A stretch of 64,000 nt of DNA, taken from NCBI GenBank assembly GCA_038915165.1, contig JBCLDE010000002.1:7154-71153 (forward strand). The letters run 5' to 3'. This document shows, in pieces, positions 8,053-19,312 of the stretch. Under the pieces are notes generated by a model. That model had not been told where the DNA came from. It was given only the letters and a program-made list of their open reading frames with translations, and did no database searches. The position numbers were made by a program, and so were the translations under genes. Source of the DNA: Candidatus Limnocylindrales bacterium. Its GTDB lineage: Bacteria; Chloroflexota; Limnocylindria; Limnocylindrales; CSP1-4. Position 1 is the stretch's first letter. Every line of letters begins with the position of its first letter.

Positions 8053-9015
8053 TCAGGCGACGGGTGCAGGCGCCGAACGCTCGGCCGGCGGCGGGGCGAC
8101 GAAGACCTTGTCCGGAGCGAGTCGACCGTCCTTCGCGGAGGCGATCGCGACGAGCGCCTCATCTGGCCCGACGAGCCGGTACCTCTCGGCCGGTGCCGGC
8201 AGGCCTGCGGCGGGCAGCACGTACTGGCCGCGGGCGACGGCGGCCACCTCGGCCGGCGTGAGCGCCACGATCGGGAAGGCGTCAAGGCCAGCATCCACGG
8301 GCCGGAGGAACGGCACCAGGCCCGCCGGACCGCCCGCCGCGGCCGCCCGCACGTCGTCGAGCGGCAGCGCCGCGTCAAGGACGAACGGTCCGGATACCGT
8401 CCGCGTCAGCGCGCCGAGGTAGGCGGCACTCCCCACCCGCTCTCCGAGATCCCGGGCGAGCGCGCGGATGTAGGTCCCGGCGGCACAGGTCACCTCGATG
8501 ATGGCGATCGGACGCTCCGAGTCGGTATCGTCCCAGTCGACCAGATCGATCGTCTTGATCGTCACCTCGCGTTCCGCGAGCACCACCGACTCGCCCGCGC
8601 GGGCCATCGCATACGCCCGTCGACCGCCGACCTTGATGGCGCTGTAGGCCGGCGGGCGCTGCGAGATCGTGCCGACGAACCCGGGCAGGGCCGCCAGAAC
8701 CGTGGCACGCCCAGGCGCCACACCGGCCGGCGTCAACTCACCCTCCAGGTCATCGGTCGTCGAGGTGGCACCGAAACACACGGTGGCGCGATAGCCCTTC
8801 GTGTCGCCGGCGTGGTACTCCACGACTCGGGTGGCCTGGCCCAGGAAGATCGGCAGGACGCCGTTCGCGAACGGGTCCAGCGTCCCGCCGTGGCCGACAC
8901 GCCTGGTGGCGGCCAGGCGGCGGACCAGCGCAACGACGTCGTGCGACGTCGGACCGGCCGGTTTGGCGACGATCAGGATGCCATCGAGCCCGGGACCCAG
9001 GGACGAGCGTGCCAC
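8053..9015 (-). CDS. truB: tRNA pseudouridine(55) synthase TruB
   Basis: The protein reads LDGILIVAKPAGPTSHDVVALVRRLAATRRVGHGGTLDPFANGVLPIFLG, with the catalytic Asp in the HGGTLDP motif. The GTG start at 9013-9015 lies 1 nt after the nrnA stop. Confidence 0.85.
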   Translation of the reverse strand: MARSSLGPGLDGILIVAKPAGPTSHDVVALVRRLAATRRVGHGGTLDPFANGVLPIFLGQATRVVEYHAGDTKGYRATVCFGATSTTDDLEGELTPAGVAPGRATVLAALPGFVGTISQRPPAYSAIKVGGRRAYAMARAGESVVLAEREVTIKTIDLVDWDDTDSERPIAIIEVTCAAGTYIRALARDLGERVGSAAYLGALTRTVSGPFVLDAALPLDDVRAAAAGGPAGLVPFLRPVDAGLDAFPIVALTPAEVAAVARGQYVLPAAGLPAPAERYRLVGPDEALVAIASAKDGRLAPDKVFVAPPPAERSAPAPVA

Positions 9016-9016
9016 G

Positions 9017-10036
9017 TCAGCGCCCGAGCGCGTCGACCAGGCGCGTGGCCTCGGCCAGGACCGCGGGCCGAGCTTCATCGAGTGGCGCCTCGACCGTCGC
9101 GCCAGCAGCTCGGGGGTGCCCGCCCCCACCGAACCGACCGGTCAGGACCGTGGCATCGACGCCGCCGGGCTTCGTCCGGACGCTGATCCGAGTGGACCGG
9201 CCGGCCTCCTTGAACAGGATGGCGACCTCGGCGGCCTCCGCCTGTGAGAGCAGGTCGATGATGCCCTCGGAGTGGGCGCGATCGGCACCCGTGGCAGTGA
9301 TGTCCGCTTCGGTCAGGCTGGACCAGACGATCCGGCCGTCATCCGCGCTTTCGAGTCGGTCCAGCACGCGACCGAAGAGGCGCAATTGGACGTCCGGCTT
9401 GGAGCGGTAGAGACGGCGCGAGATGTCCGACAACGGGGCGCCAGCCTCCAGCAGGGCGGCGGCCACCGTGAGCGTGCGCGGGGTCGCATTCGGATGGGCG
9501 AACGTGGCGGTGTCCATGACGATGCCAGCCATCAGGGTCGCGGCCAGCATCCCATCGCCGGCATCCAGCGGCACGCCGAGGCGCCCGGCGAGGAGCGTGA
9601 TCAGCTCACAGGTCGCGGCCGCCCTGGGGTCGATCCAGTCCGCTTCACCAGCCGACTCGTTGGAGGCGTGGTGATCGATGATGACCCGTGGCAACCGGGC
9701 GAAGAGGTCCGTGTGACGAGCGCCGACCTCCCCAACCCGCTCAAGCGAGCCGCAGTCGGAGATGACCAGCAGGTCGTATGCGGCATCGGCATCCGGATCT
9801 GTGCGGAAGCGATCCACGCCGGCGATGAAGCGGTACAGCGGCGGGACCGGATCCGTGCAGACCGCATCGGCCGACCCGCCGAGCGCCTCGACGAGATGCA
9901 CGACGCCGAGTGTCGCGCCAAGCGTGTCCGCGTCGGGATTCTCGTGGCTGACCGCCAGCACGCGCCGCGCCCCCCGCAGCCGCTCGACGACGAGCGCTGG
10001 GACGGCGTCCAGATACGGGCTGAGGTCGACGGTCAT
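9017..10036 (-). CDS. nrnA: DHH/DHHA1 phosphoesterase (NrnA-type oligoribonuclease / pAp phosphatase)
   Basis: The N-terminal DHH region reads RVLAVSHENPDADTLGATLGVVHLV...LVISDCGS...IDHHASN. The GGGH motif sits at the C-terminus (DHHA1). Confidence 0.8.
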   Translation of the reverse strand: MTVDLSPYLDAVPALVVERLRGARRVLAVSHENPDADTLGATLGVVHLVEALGGSADAVCTDPVPPLYRFIAGVDRFRTDPDADAAYDLLVISDCGSLERVGEVGARHTDLFARLPRVIIDHHASNESAGEADWIDPRAAATCELITLLAGRLGVPLDAGDGMLAATLMAGIVMDTATFAHPNATPRTLTVAAALLEAGAPLSDISRRLYRSKPDVQLRLFGRVLDRLESADDGRIVWSSLTEADITATGADRAHSEGIIDLLSQAEAAEVAILFKEAGRSTRISVRTKPGGVDATVLTGRFGGGGHPRAAGATVEAPLDEARPAVLAEATRLVDALGR

Positions 10037-10554
10037 CGGTGGCCTCGCTTGTACAGCGTCGTGCCCCGGCTCGTCTCACGGTGACGGCGGGGTCGTGCGG
10101 GGGTCGGTGCCGGGACGGCCGACGGTGGCTCCTGGGACAGGTCACCCGCCTGCGGTAGTCGACCGACGGGGGTGGGCAGGGATTCGCCGAGCGGGGCATC
10201 CGTATCGGGTATCGCGCCGGCCCCCAGCTCGTTCAGGATCTGCAGTAGTCGCGTGCCGCGTTCAGCCGTCTCGTCGAGGTTCACATGGAGAGCCGGGATG
10301 CGCTTGATGCGCAGCGTCTTGCCCAGTTCATGCCGGATGAACGGCATGGCATGGCGCAGTGCCGCGAGTGTAGCCTCGCGTTCCGCCGGCTGGCCGATCA
10401 GACTGACCCACACCTTCGCGTGGTACAGGTCGCGAGTCGTCTCGACCGACGTGATCGTGGCGAACCCGACCCGCGGGTCGGAGACGTCACGGGCGATGAT
10501 TCTACTGATCTCCTGGCGCAGGAGCTCATCGATGCGCTCAGTCCGCTGGCTCAT
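10033..10554 (-). CDS. rbfA: Ribosome-binding factor A with a Pro/Ala-rich C-terminal extension
   Basis: The protein reads MSQRTERIDELLRQEISRIIARDVSDPRVGFATITSVETTRDLYHAKVWVS. Confidence 0.85.
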   Translation of the reverse strand: MSQRTERIDELLRQEISRIIARDVSDPRVGFATITSVETTRDLYHAKVWVSLIGQPAEREATLAALRHAMPFIRHELGKTLRIKRIPALHVNLDETAERGTRLLQILNELGAGAIPDTDAPLGESLPTPVGRLPQAGDLSQEPPSAVPAPTPARPRRHRETSRGTTLYKRGHR

Positions 10555-10594
10555 CGGACAGCGCGCCGTCGCCTGGACGCCCCGGCATGGACCA

Positions 10595-12502
10595 CTACCC
10601 GGCCGAGACTCGACTCACGGACTGGGAGGTGAAGCACTCGATGATGTCGCCTTCCTGGATCTCGTGGAAGTTGGCCAGCTGGATGCCGCACTCGTAGTTC
10701 GCCAGGACTTCCCGAACGTCGTCGCGGAAGCGCCGCAGCGACTCGATCCGGTCCGTGGCGATGACCTTGGAGCTACGCCACACGCGGGCGTTGCCGCTGC
10801 GTACGATCCGACCGTCCGTGACGAACGAGCCGGCGATGACGGTGTTCTTGCCGACACGGATGATCTGGCGGACCTCCGCGCGACCCTCCACGACCTCCAC
10901 GATGACCGGCTCCAGCAGGCCCTTGAGCGCCGCATCGATGTCGTCGGTCAGCTTGTAGATGATGTCGTACAGCCGGACGTCGACGCGTTCCGTCTCGGCG
11001 GCGCGCCGAGCCGTATCGCTGATCCGCGTGTTGAAGCCGACGACGATCGCGTTCGAGGCGGCCGCCAGCATGATGTCGTTGTCGGTGATGTCGCCGGGGG
11101 CCTGGAGCAGGATGTTCAGGCGGATCTCTTCCTGGTCGAGTTGCTCCAGGGCGTGGGTGATGGCACCCAGTGAGCCCGACACGTCGGCCTTGAGGATGAT
11201 CCGCAGCTCCTTGGCCTGGCCGGCCTGGATCTGGCGGTAGAGGTCTTCCAGTGTCGCTCGACCGCTGGCCTCTCCCGTCTTGGCGGCCGATGCGGCCTTG
11301 CGGGCCTCGACCATCGCCCGGGCTTCCTTCTCGTCACCGACGACGCGCAGGATGTCGCCGGCCTGCGGCACCGCGCCCAGGCCGAGGATGACGACGGCGC
11401 TCGAAGGGCCAGCCGTGGTGACGCGCTTGCCCTTGTCGTTCTCGAGGGCCCGCACGCGACCGAACGTCTCACCGACGACGATGACGTCGCCGACCTTGAG
11501 CGTGCCGGTCTGGACCAGGGCGGTGGCGACTGCGCCGCGACCCTTGTCGAGCTCGGCTTCGACGATCGTCCCGACCGCGGCTCGCCTGGGGTTGGCCTTG
11601 AGCTCCTGTAGGTCCGCCACGAGCAGGATCATGTCGAGCAGCTCATCCAGACCAACGCGAGTCTTGGCTGAGACGGGCACGAGCGGCACGTCGCCGCCGT
11701 ACTCCTCGACGACGATGCCAGCCTCGGTCAGGTCGGTCTTCACACGCTCTGGATTGGCATCCGGCTTGTCGATCTTGTTGAGGGCGATGATGATCGGGAC
11801 CTTGGCTGCCTTGGCGTGGCTGATCGCCTCCAGCGTCTGGGGCATGACCCCATCGTCGGCGGCCACGACGACGATGGCGATGTCGGTGACGCGAGCTCCG
11901 CGGGCACGCATCGCCGTGAACGCCTCGTGACCAGGCGTGTCGAGGAAGACCACGCGCTTGCCGCCGTGGGTGACCTCGCTGGCGCCGATATGCTGGGTGA
12001 TCCCACCACGCTCCGCCGCAGCCACCTGGGTCGTCCGGATGGCGTCGAGGAGACTGGTCTTGCCGTGGTCGACGTGGCCCATGACCGTCACGATGGGCGC
12101 GCGCTGTTCGAGGAGGGACGGATCGTCCTCCTCGTACAGCTGCACCTTGGTCGCCTCGGCGACCTGGCCATCCGCCTCGCCTTCGATCCCGGCGGTACCG
12201 ACCGCTTCAGTCTCGGAGACCTCGTAGCCGAGCTCGCCCGCGACGAGGGCGGCGGTATCGCGGTCGACGAGCTGGTTGATCGTCGCGAAGATGCCGCTCT
12301 TGATCAGCTCGCGGATGATGTCCGCGGGATTCACGCCGAGGAGTTCGGCAAGCTCCTTGACGGTGATGGTCCCCGGCAGCTCGATCGCGCCACGTTCCCG
12401 CGGGTCAAGCGTCTGGACGCCGGATGCGTTGGATGTACCGTCGCGACGCGGCGGCTTGCGGGGCCCGCGACGGCCGCGCGTGCCGCTCCTACTTCTGGCC
12501 AC
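10595..12502 (-). CDS. infB: Translation initiation factor IF-2 (short form, 635 aa)
   Basis: G-domain motifs are [24 protein letters not shown] and NKIDK. The C-terminal beta-barrel domains are present. The N-terminus is Arg-rich. Confidence 0.9.
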   Translation of the reverse strand: MARSRSGTRGRRGPRKPPRRDGTSNASGVQTLDPRERGAIELPGTITVKELAELLGVNPADIIRELIKSGIFATINQLVDRDTAALVAGELGYEVSETEAVGTAGIEGEADGQVAEATKVQLYEEDDPSLLEQRAPIVTVMGHVDHGKTSLLDAIRTTQVAAAERGGITQHIGASEVTHGGKRVVFLDTPGHEAFTAMRARGARVTDIAIVVVAADDGVMPQTLEAISHAKAAKVPIIIALNKIDKPDANPERVKTDLTEAGIVVEEYGGDVPLVPVSAKTRVGLDELLDMILLVADLQELKANPRRAAVGTIVEAELDKGRGAVATALVQTGTLKVGDVIVVGETFGRVRALENDKGKRVTTAGPSSAVVILGLGAVPQAGDILRVVGDEKEARAMVEARKAASAAKTGEASGRATLEDLYRQIQAGQAKELRIILKADVSGSLGAITHALEQLDQEEIRLNILLQAPGDITDNDIMLAAASNAIVVGFNTRISDTARRAAETERVDVRLYDIIYKLTDDIDAALKGLLEPVIVEVVEGRAEVRQIIRVGKNTVIAGSFVTDGRIVRSGNARVWRSSKVIATDRIESLRRFRDDVREVLANYECGIQLANFHEIQEGDIIECFTSQSVSRVSAG

Positions 12503-12722
12503 GGGCCCCTCCTTCGATCGTCGTGTGCATGTCGGTCAGGCTCCCGATCAGCGCCTCGCGCAGATCCGCCGGGAGTTGGGTCTTGAGCGCCCGGCTGAGG
12601 ACACCCTTGGCGATGGCCTTGTCGAGGCATTCGATGGATCGGTCGACGTAGGCGCCGCGGCCGGCCAGGCGACCCGTGTCATCGATCGTCACGGACCCGT
12701 CCGGGGTCCGCACGATACGCAT
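12489..12722 (-). CDS. ylxR: YlxR/DUF448 family RNA-binding protein (nusA-infB operon protein)
   Basis: It is a 77-aa protein. The YlxR call rests only on its 77-aa size and its conserved position between nusA and infB; no family motif was matched. It overlaps the infB start by 14 nt. Confidence 0.6.
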   Translation of the reverse strand: MRIVRTPDGSVTIDDTGRLAGRGAYVDRSIECLDKAIAKGVLSRALKTQLPADLREALIGSLTDMHTTIEGGARGQK

Positions 12723-12817
12723 GAGTTCGAGCTTCGGCCGGACGGTCCGACAAGCGACGCACGATCGATTCGGGACGCGCCGTGGGGCGACGGCCCTGGC
12801 GGCCCTGGCGGCCCCGC

Positions 12818-14197
12818 CTACGACGCCACCTCCTTGGTGGCAACGCGTGCGGCGACGGCCTTGGTGGTCCGCTTGGGCTTGGCGACGGCGACCGATGCGC
12901 CCTCGACTGGGCTGGTCTGTTCGGCGGCCGCGCCTTCGGCGGCGGCTTTCTTGGTCGCGCGCTTCGGCTTGGCCGCGGGCTCCGCATCGGCGGCGGCTGC
13001 GGCTGCGGTCGCGGCGACGGCTGCGGCGGCGCTGTCGGTTTCGGCCGCCGTCATCTCCGATGCGGCCGCGTCGATGGAGGGCGCCGCGGCAACGGCAGCA
13101 TCAGCGGCGGCGCGAGCCTCCGCCACCGAGACGTCGCTGCGGATGTCGATGCGCCAGCCGGTCAGTCGCGCCGCAAGGCGGGCGTTCTGCCCCTCGCGGC
13201 CGATGGCCAACGAGAGCATCCGCTCCGGGACGGTGACGCTCGCGATCCGGTGGTCCTCGTCGATGTCGACCGAGATCACCTGGGCCGGACTGAGCGCGTT
13301 GGCCACAAAGACGCCGGCGTCGTCACTCCACGGGATGACGTCGATCTTCTCGCCGGCCAGCTCGGCCACGACGGCCTGGACCCGGGCGCCACGCTGCCCG
13401 ACGGTCGCCCCGACCGGATCGAGTCCCTCCTGCCGCGAGAAGACGGCGACCTTCGACCGGCTGCCGGCCTCGCGCGCGATCGCCTTGATCTCCACCGTTC
13501 CGTTGTGGATCTCCGGGACCTCCAGCTCGAACAGGCGCTTGAGGAACCCCTTGTGGGTCCGACTGACGAAGATCTGCGGCCCCCGCGGGGAGCGTCGAAC
13601 CTCCAGTACGAACGCCTTGACATTCTGGCCGATCCGGTAGTGCTCCAGAGCGCTCTGCTCCGTGGTGGCGAGGATCGCCTCCACGTTCTTGCCGACGTCC
13701 AGGATGATTGCCCGCGGTTCCACTCGATCCACCGTACCGGTCATGAGCTCGCCCTCGCGGCTGGCGAACTGGTCGAAGACCTGATCGCGTTCGACCTCGC
13801 GGATGCGCTGCAGGACGATCTGCTTGGCGGTCTGGGCGCCGATCCGACCAAAGACGTCGCCGTCGAGCTGCTCGGTCTCCACCAGGTCGCCGACCTCGGC
13901 ATTCGGATCGTAAGCGCGCGCCTGTTCGACGGTCATCTGGGCGATCTCGTCTTCCACCGCTTCGACGACGCGACGCGCGCGAAACACGCGGATCTTACCG
14001 GTCTCGGCATCGATCCGAACATGGATGTCCTCGTCGCCCGCGACACGCCGATAAGCCGACTGGATACCGTCCTCGACGGCACCGATCAGTTGCTCTCGCG
14101 AGATATGCTTCTCGGCGTTCAGTTGAAGGAGGGCACCAACGAAGTCTCGACTCACGATGACCTCCGTTCGCTGTGCATGGGTATATGCGCCGCTCAA
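12818..14197 (-). CDS. nusA: Transcription termination/antitermination factor NusA with an Ala-rich C-terminal tail
   Basis: The S1 and KH regions are ...GELMTGTVDRVEPRAIILDVG... and ...IKAIAREAGSRSKVAV...DPVGATVGQRGARVQAVV... Confidence 0.9.
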   Translation of the reverse strand: MSGAYTHAQRTEVIVSRDFVGALLQLNAEKHISREQLIGAVEDGIQSAYRRVAGDEDIHVRIDAETGKIRVFRARRVVEAVEDEIAQMTVEQARAYDPNAEVGDLVETEQLDGDVFGRIGAQTAKQIVLQRIREVERDQVFDQFASREGELMTGTVDRVEPRAIILDVGKNVEAILATTEQSALEHYRIGQNVKAFVLEVRRSPRGPQIFVSRTHKGFLKRLFELEVPEIHNGTVEIKAIAREAGSRSKVAVFSRQEGLDPVGATVGQRGARVQAVVAELAGEKIDVIPWSDDAGVFVANALSPAQVISVDIDEDHRIASVTVPERMLSLAIGREGQNARLAARLTGWRIDIRSDVSVAEARAAADAAVAAAPSIDAAASEMTAAETDSAAAAVAATAAAAAADAEPAAKPKRATKKAAAEGAAAEQTSPVEGASVAVAKPKRTTKAVAARVATKEVAS

Positions 14198-14350
14198 AAA
14201 GAAACGTGGGGGTCACCCACGTAACGGAGCGGCCGTTCAGTTGTGCGGAACTATACACCCGGGCGGGTGGACGCCTCAAACCGGGGCCACCGGGGCCGCG
14301 GATCGAATCGCGTCGCAGACTTCACAGGCGTGAGCTACGCGAGCGACTGC

Positions 14351-14674
14351 TCATGGGTCAGTGGCCTGCCGCCGGTACAGCAGCAGAGCCCCGAGGATGG
14401 CGACGATCGCAAGGACCACCAGTTCTGGCAACGATCCCGTCGGCCTTGAACGCAAGTCCTCATTCGTGTCCGTGTCAGCCGGCGCGAGGATTACCGTCAC
14501 GACGCCAATCCAAGCGTCGCCTAGACCAAGACCCGCCGACGTCGATGGATCTGCCGATGACCACTGCGCAAGGCGCAGCCCGAGTCGGATGGAATTCAAA
14601 CCACAGTGATGCGCGGACTGACGCCGGAAGGGCGGCAGCCAAGAGCCGCAACCATAACCCCAGACCGATCCCAC
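14351..14674 (-). CDS. Hypothetical small protein with a C-terminal hydrophobic segment followed by basic residues (...SLPELVVLAIVAILGALLLYRRQ). Weak call.
   Basis: It is the only ORF of length in the 668-nt nusA-ispG gap. I recognise no homology. The C-terminus resembles a sorting/anchor signal (PE-hydrophobic-RR). No convincing SD was found. Confidence 0.2.
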   Translation of the reverse strand: MGSVWGYGCGSWLPPFRRQSAHHCGLNSIRLGLRLAQWSSADPSTSAGLGLGDAWIGVVTVILAPADTDTNEDLRSRPTGSLPELVVLAIVAILGALLLYRRQATDP

Positions 14675-14801
14675 GCCGTGTCACGTCGTGGGCGAGAGCA
14701 TTGCCGTCAAGCGGGGACCGCCCAAACGCCGCCGCGCACGTCGGTGACAGTCGCGGGCCGGCCGCCGGCGCCGCACGTGTAGGCCACGCTCCGCCCGGCC
14801 G

Positions 14802-14843
14802 GGTCGGCATCATCGCCAGGGGTCGGCATCATCGCCAGGGGTC
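14802..14843. repeat. Tandem repeat, 20-nt unit (gtcggcatcatcgccagggg) x2, just 3' of ispG
   Basis: Direct reading of the sequence. Confidence 0.9.
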
Positions 14844-14865
14844 AGCCATGGGGCGGGGCCCGGGG

Positions 14866-16145
<1,280 letters not shown>

Positions 16146-16149
<4 letters not shown>

Positions 16150-17243
16150 GAGCCGCCGCTCAGGCCGCGGATGATGTCGAAGCCGGTGATCCAGATGAGG
16201 AAGGCGAACAGGAAGACGAAGCCGACCAGGTAGGTCAGACGCTCGGCGCGGAGGCTGATCCGTTCCCCGAAGATGCGCTTGAGGGTGATGACGAGCATCC
16301 GGCCACCATCAAGTGGCGGGAAGGGCAGGATGTTCACGACGGCCAGGTTGGCCGAGAGGATGCCCGCGACGTAGAGCGTCATGATCGGACCCAGCTGCCG
16401 GAAGACGTCGCCGATGGTGGTGGCGATACCGATCGGCCCGGAGACCGGCGGCGCTTCCGTGGGACGGTTGACGATCGACTCGGCGAGCAGCCCGAGCCCG
16501 CCGACGATGAACCCCAGCGCTTCGACCGTCCGCTGGGCGCCGATCTGGATCGCCTCGCCGATGCTGTAGTGGATGGCGGTAGAGGTGGTGGTCGCCGTCG
16601 GTGCCTCGATGCCGAGAGCACCATGCTGGGCGTCGATCTGGCTCGTCGGCCGGAGTGCGGCGCTGACCTGCTTGAGCGTCCCGTCGGGCCGTTCGATGCC
16701 GAGCGTCACCGTCTGCCCGGCGTTCACTCGAAGGTCCGCCAGCAGGGACGTCCCGCTGAACGCGCCGTAATAGGTGCCGTTGATGCTGACCACGGTGTCG
16801 CCCGGCTCCAGCCCGGCGGCCGCCGCCGGTGAAGCGGCCTGCACACCGCCGACCTTGAAGCCGATCGTCGGGTCACCCCCAAGGGCGATCCCGGTGAAGA
16901 TCGCGAAGGCCAGGCCGACGTTCATGACGACGCCCGCGACCAGGATGACCAGCTTCGTGCCAAGGCCCTGTGCGGAGAAGGAATGCGGATCGTCGGCGTC
17001 GTTGCCGTCCTCGCCCTCGAGCTTGACGAAGCCACCGATCGGCAGCCAGTTCAGGGTGTAGAGCGTCTCGCCCTTGGAGCGCAGGACCTTGGCCCGTGGC
17101 GGGAAGCCGATCCCAAACTCCAGGACGCGAACCTTGGCCAGGCGAGCCACAAGGAAGTGACCGAGTTCGTGGATGACCACCAGGCTGCCGAGGATGAAGA
17201 TGAACAGGATGATCGTGATGATCGATTGAACGAGTCCAGTCAA
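16146..17243 (-). CDS. rseP: RIP metalloprotease RseP (site-2 protease, M50 family)
   Basis: It has the HELGH zinc motif, multiple TM segments, a PDZ region ([13 protein letters not shown]) and the [11 protein letters not shown] motif. Confidence 0.9.
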
Positions 17244-18487
17244 GCGGGCTCTCCGGACGGGGTCGTGGCGAAGGCATCCCGGACGCTTCGGTCAAGATCG
17301 ACAAGGGCTTCAACGTCGGGCTCTCCCGGCTCCGACCCGAACCGCTCGATGGCGGCCTCGAGCAAACGCGGGATGCCCGGGAAGTCAAGGGTGCCGTCGA
17401 GGAACCGGCCGACCGCAACCTCATCGGCGGCGATCAGGGCCGCCGACGCCCAAGGGCCCTTGCGACCGGCTTCACGGGCGATCCGCAGGGCCGGGAACCG
17501 GGCGTCGTCGGGTGCCCGGAAGTCAAGCCGACCGACGGCGATGAGATCGGGTGGCGCAGCCGAGGAGGGCCGGCGGTCGGGGAAGGTCAGCGCGTACTGG
17601 ATGGGAAGTCTCATGTCGGGGGTGCCCAGCTGGGCCTTGATGGAACCATCGACGAAGCGGACGGCCGAGTGAACGATGCTCTGCGGGTGGATGAGCACCT
17701 CGACGGCGTCGTAGTCGACATCGTACAGCCAGTGCGCTTCGATGACCTCCAGCCCCTTGTTGGCGAGCGTCGCCGAGTCGATCGTGATCTTGGCTCCCAT
17801 GGACCACGTCGGGTGGCGCAGGGCCTGCTGCGGCGTGACGGTGGCCATGGCTTCGGCGCTCGCATCGAGGAAGGGGCCGCCGGACGCCGTCAGGATCAAC
17901 GCCGCGACGCCCGCCATGCGTTCGCCGACGAGGCACTGCCAGATGGCCGAGTGCTCTGAATCGATCGGGCGCAGCCAGGCCAGCGGGCTCGCATACGGAT
18001 CGGCTGGCTTTGTGGCCGCGACCTGTGCAGCCAACGCCCGGGCGAGCGGCATGACGAGGTGGCCGCCGGCCACCAGTGTCTCCTTGTTGGCCGTGGCGAC
18101 GACCTTGCCGGCCCGCAGCGCGGCCATGACCGGTCGGAGACTGACCATGCCGCCGGTGGCGACGATGACGAGGTCGACATCGTCGCGGCTCACCAGCGCC
18201 TCGAGGGCGTCGGGGCCACCGACTCGATCGGTGCCGGGCGGCAGGTCCAGGCCGCGCAGCGCGGCGCCATCGCCGAGGGCGACAGCTTTGGGTCGGAGGC
18301 GCGCCACCTGCTCGGCGAGCATGCCGACGTTGGAACCAGTCGCCAGTGCCACGACCTCAAAGGCGTCTGGATGCGACTCGAGGACATCGACGGCCTGGCG
18401 GCCGATGGAGCCGGTCGAGCCGAGGAGGGCGACCCGGCGTCGCCCCTCCCCTCCCCCGTCCCGCTCAGCGAAGGAAGGCGAGGACAT
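17240..18487 (-). CDS. dxr: 1-deoxy-D-xylulose 5-phosphate reductoisomerase
   Basis: The protein reads VALLGSTGSIGRQAVDVL...ANKETLV...DSEHSAIWQCL. Confidence 0.9.
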   Translation of the reverse strand: MSSPSFAERDGGGEGRRRVALLGSTGSIGRQAVDVLESHPDAFEVVALATGSNVGMLAEQVARLRPKAVALGDGAALRGLDLPPGTDRVGGPDALEALVSRDDVDLVIVATGGMVSLRPVMAALRAGKVVATANKETLVAGGHLVMPLARALAAQVAATKPADPYASPLAWLRPIDSEHSAIWQCLVGERMAGVAALILTASGGPFLDASAEAMATVTPQQALRHPTWSMGAKITIDSATLANKGLEVIEAHWLYDVDYDAVEVLIHPQSIVHSAVRFVDGSIKAQLGTPDMRLPIQYALTFPDRRPSSAAPPDLIAVGRLDFRAPDDARFPALRIAREAGRKGPWASAALIAADEVAVGRFLDGTLDFPGIPRLLEAAIERFGSEPGEPDVEALVDLDRSVRDAFATTPSGEPA

Positions 18488-19292
18488 ACAGGGTCACGAT
18501 CGGGGCGGCGAAGATGAACGAATCGGCGCGATCGAGGATGCCGCCGTGGCCCGGGATGAGCGTGCCCGAGTCCTTCGCCCCCGCGGCGCGCTTGAGACCC
18601 GACTCGGCGAGGTCGCCGGCCTGGGCCGCGAGGGCCGCCAGCGGGCCGAGGGCGAGCGCGTGCACCGGACCCTGGCCCAGGGCCCACAGCATGAGGCCGG
18701 TCACGATCGTGGTGGCCAGGACCCCGCCGATCAGTCCCTCGACCGTCTTGGATGGCGAGATATGCGTCAGGAACCTGGTCCGGCCGAGGCTCCTGCCCAC
18801 GAGGTAGGCCCCGGTGTCGTAGGACCAGACCGCCAGGATGAGGAGCAGGATCCACCCGCGTTCAGCACTCAGCGCGGCGAGCGGCGCGTTGGTGGGCACA
18901 TCCGGCGCCGCCTGGCCAAGGCGGATGAGGAACGACAGGAGCGAGACGTACAGCGCGCCGAAGATGGTCGCCATCCAGGTGGCGAGGCCGTCACGCGGAT
19001 CGACTTTGGTGAACGACGCCACGGCGACCAGAACGATGCCCACCGCACCGAGGAGCAGGCCGCTGCCTTCGAGGACCTGCGGGAACGCAGAGTCGAGCAC
19101 GACGACCAGAGCGAGCGCCGTGCCGAGCGCTGCGAAGGGCGCGTAGCCGGCGCCCCTCAGCAGGCGGAAGACCTCCCCGGCCGCGAGGATGGTCACGAGC
19201 GCGACGGCGGCCGCGAGGACCCATCCCCCGATGGCGAGCACGACCAGCAGGACCGGCACGAGCACGGCTGCACTGATCGCCCGCTGACGCAT
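18465..19292 (-). CDS. cdsA: Phosphatidate cytidylyltransferase
   Basis: It is a polytopic membrane protein with the C-terminal motif ...SPSKTVEGLIGGVL...GDLAESGLKRAAGAKDSGTLIPGHGGILDRADS. Start chosen at the internal ATG at 19292 (MRQRAIS...). Confidence 0.85.
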   Translation of the reverse strand: MRQRAISAAVLVPVLLVVLAIGGWVLAAAVALVTILAAGEVFRLLRGAGYAPFAALGTALALVVVLDSAFPQVLEGSGLLLGAVGIVLVAVASFTKVDPRDGLATWMATIFGALYVSLLSFLIRLGQAAPDVPTNAPLAALSAERGWILLLILAVWSYDTGAYLVGRSLGRTRFLTHISPSKTVEGLIGGVLATTIVTGLMLWALGQGPVHALALGPLAALAAQAGDLAESGLKRAAGAKDSGTLIPGHGGILDRADSFIFAAPIVTLYVLAFLR

Positions 19293-19312
19293 GGTCTGGT
19301 CGTCCGTTCCGG

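Noticed and set aside
14351-14674. Interpreting the small ORF C-terminus (SLPELVVLAIVAILGALLLYRRQ) as a PEP-CTERM or LPXTG sorting signal
   Set aside because: There is no N-terminal signal peptide, no canonical LPXTG or PEP motif spacing, and no sortase or exosortase in the window. It is kept only as a low-confidence hypothetical.
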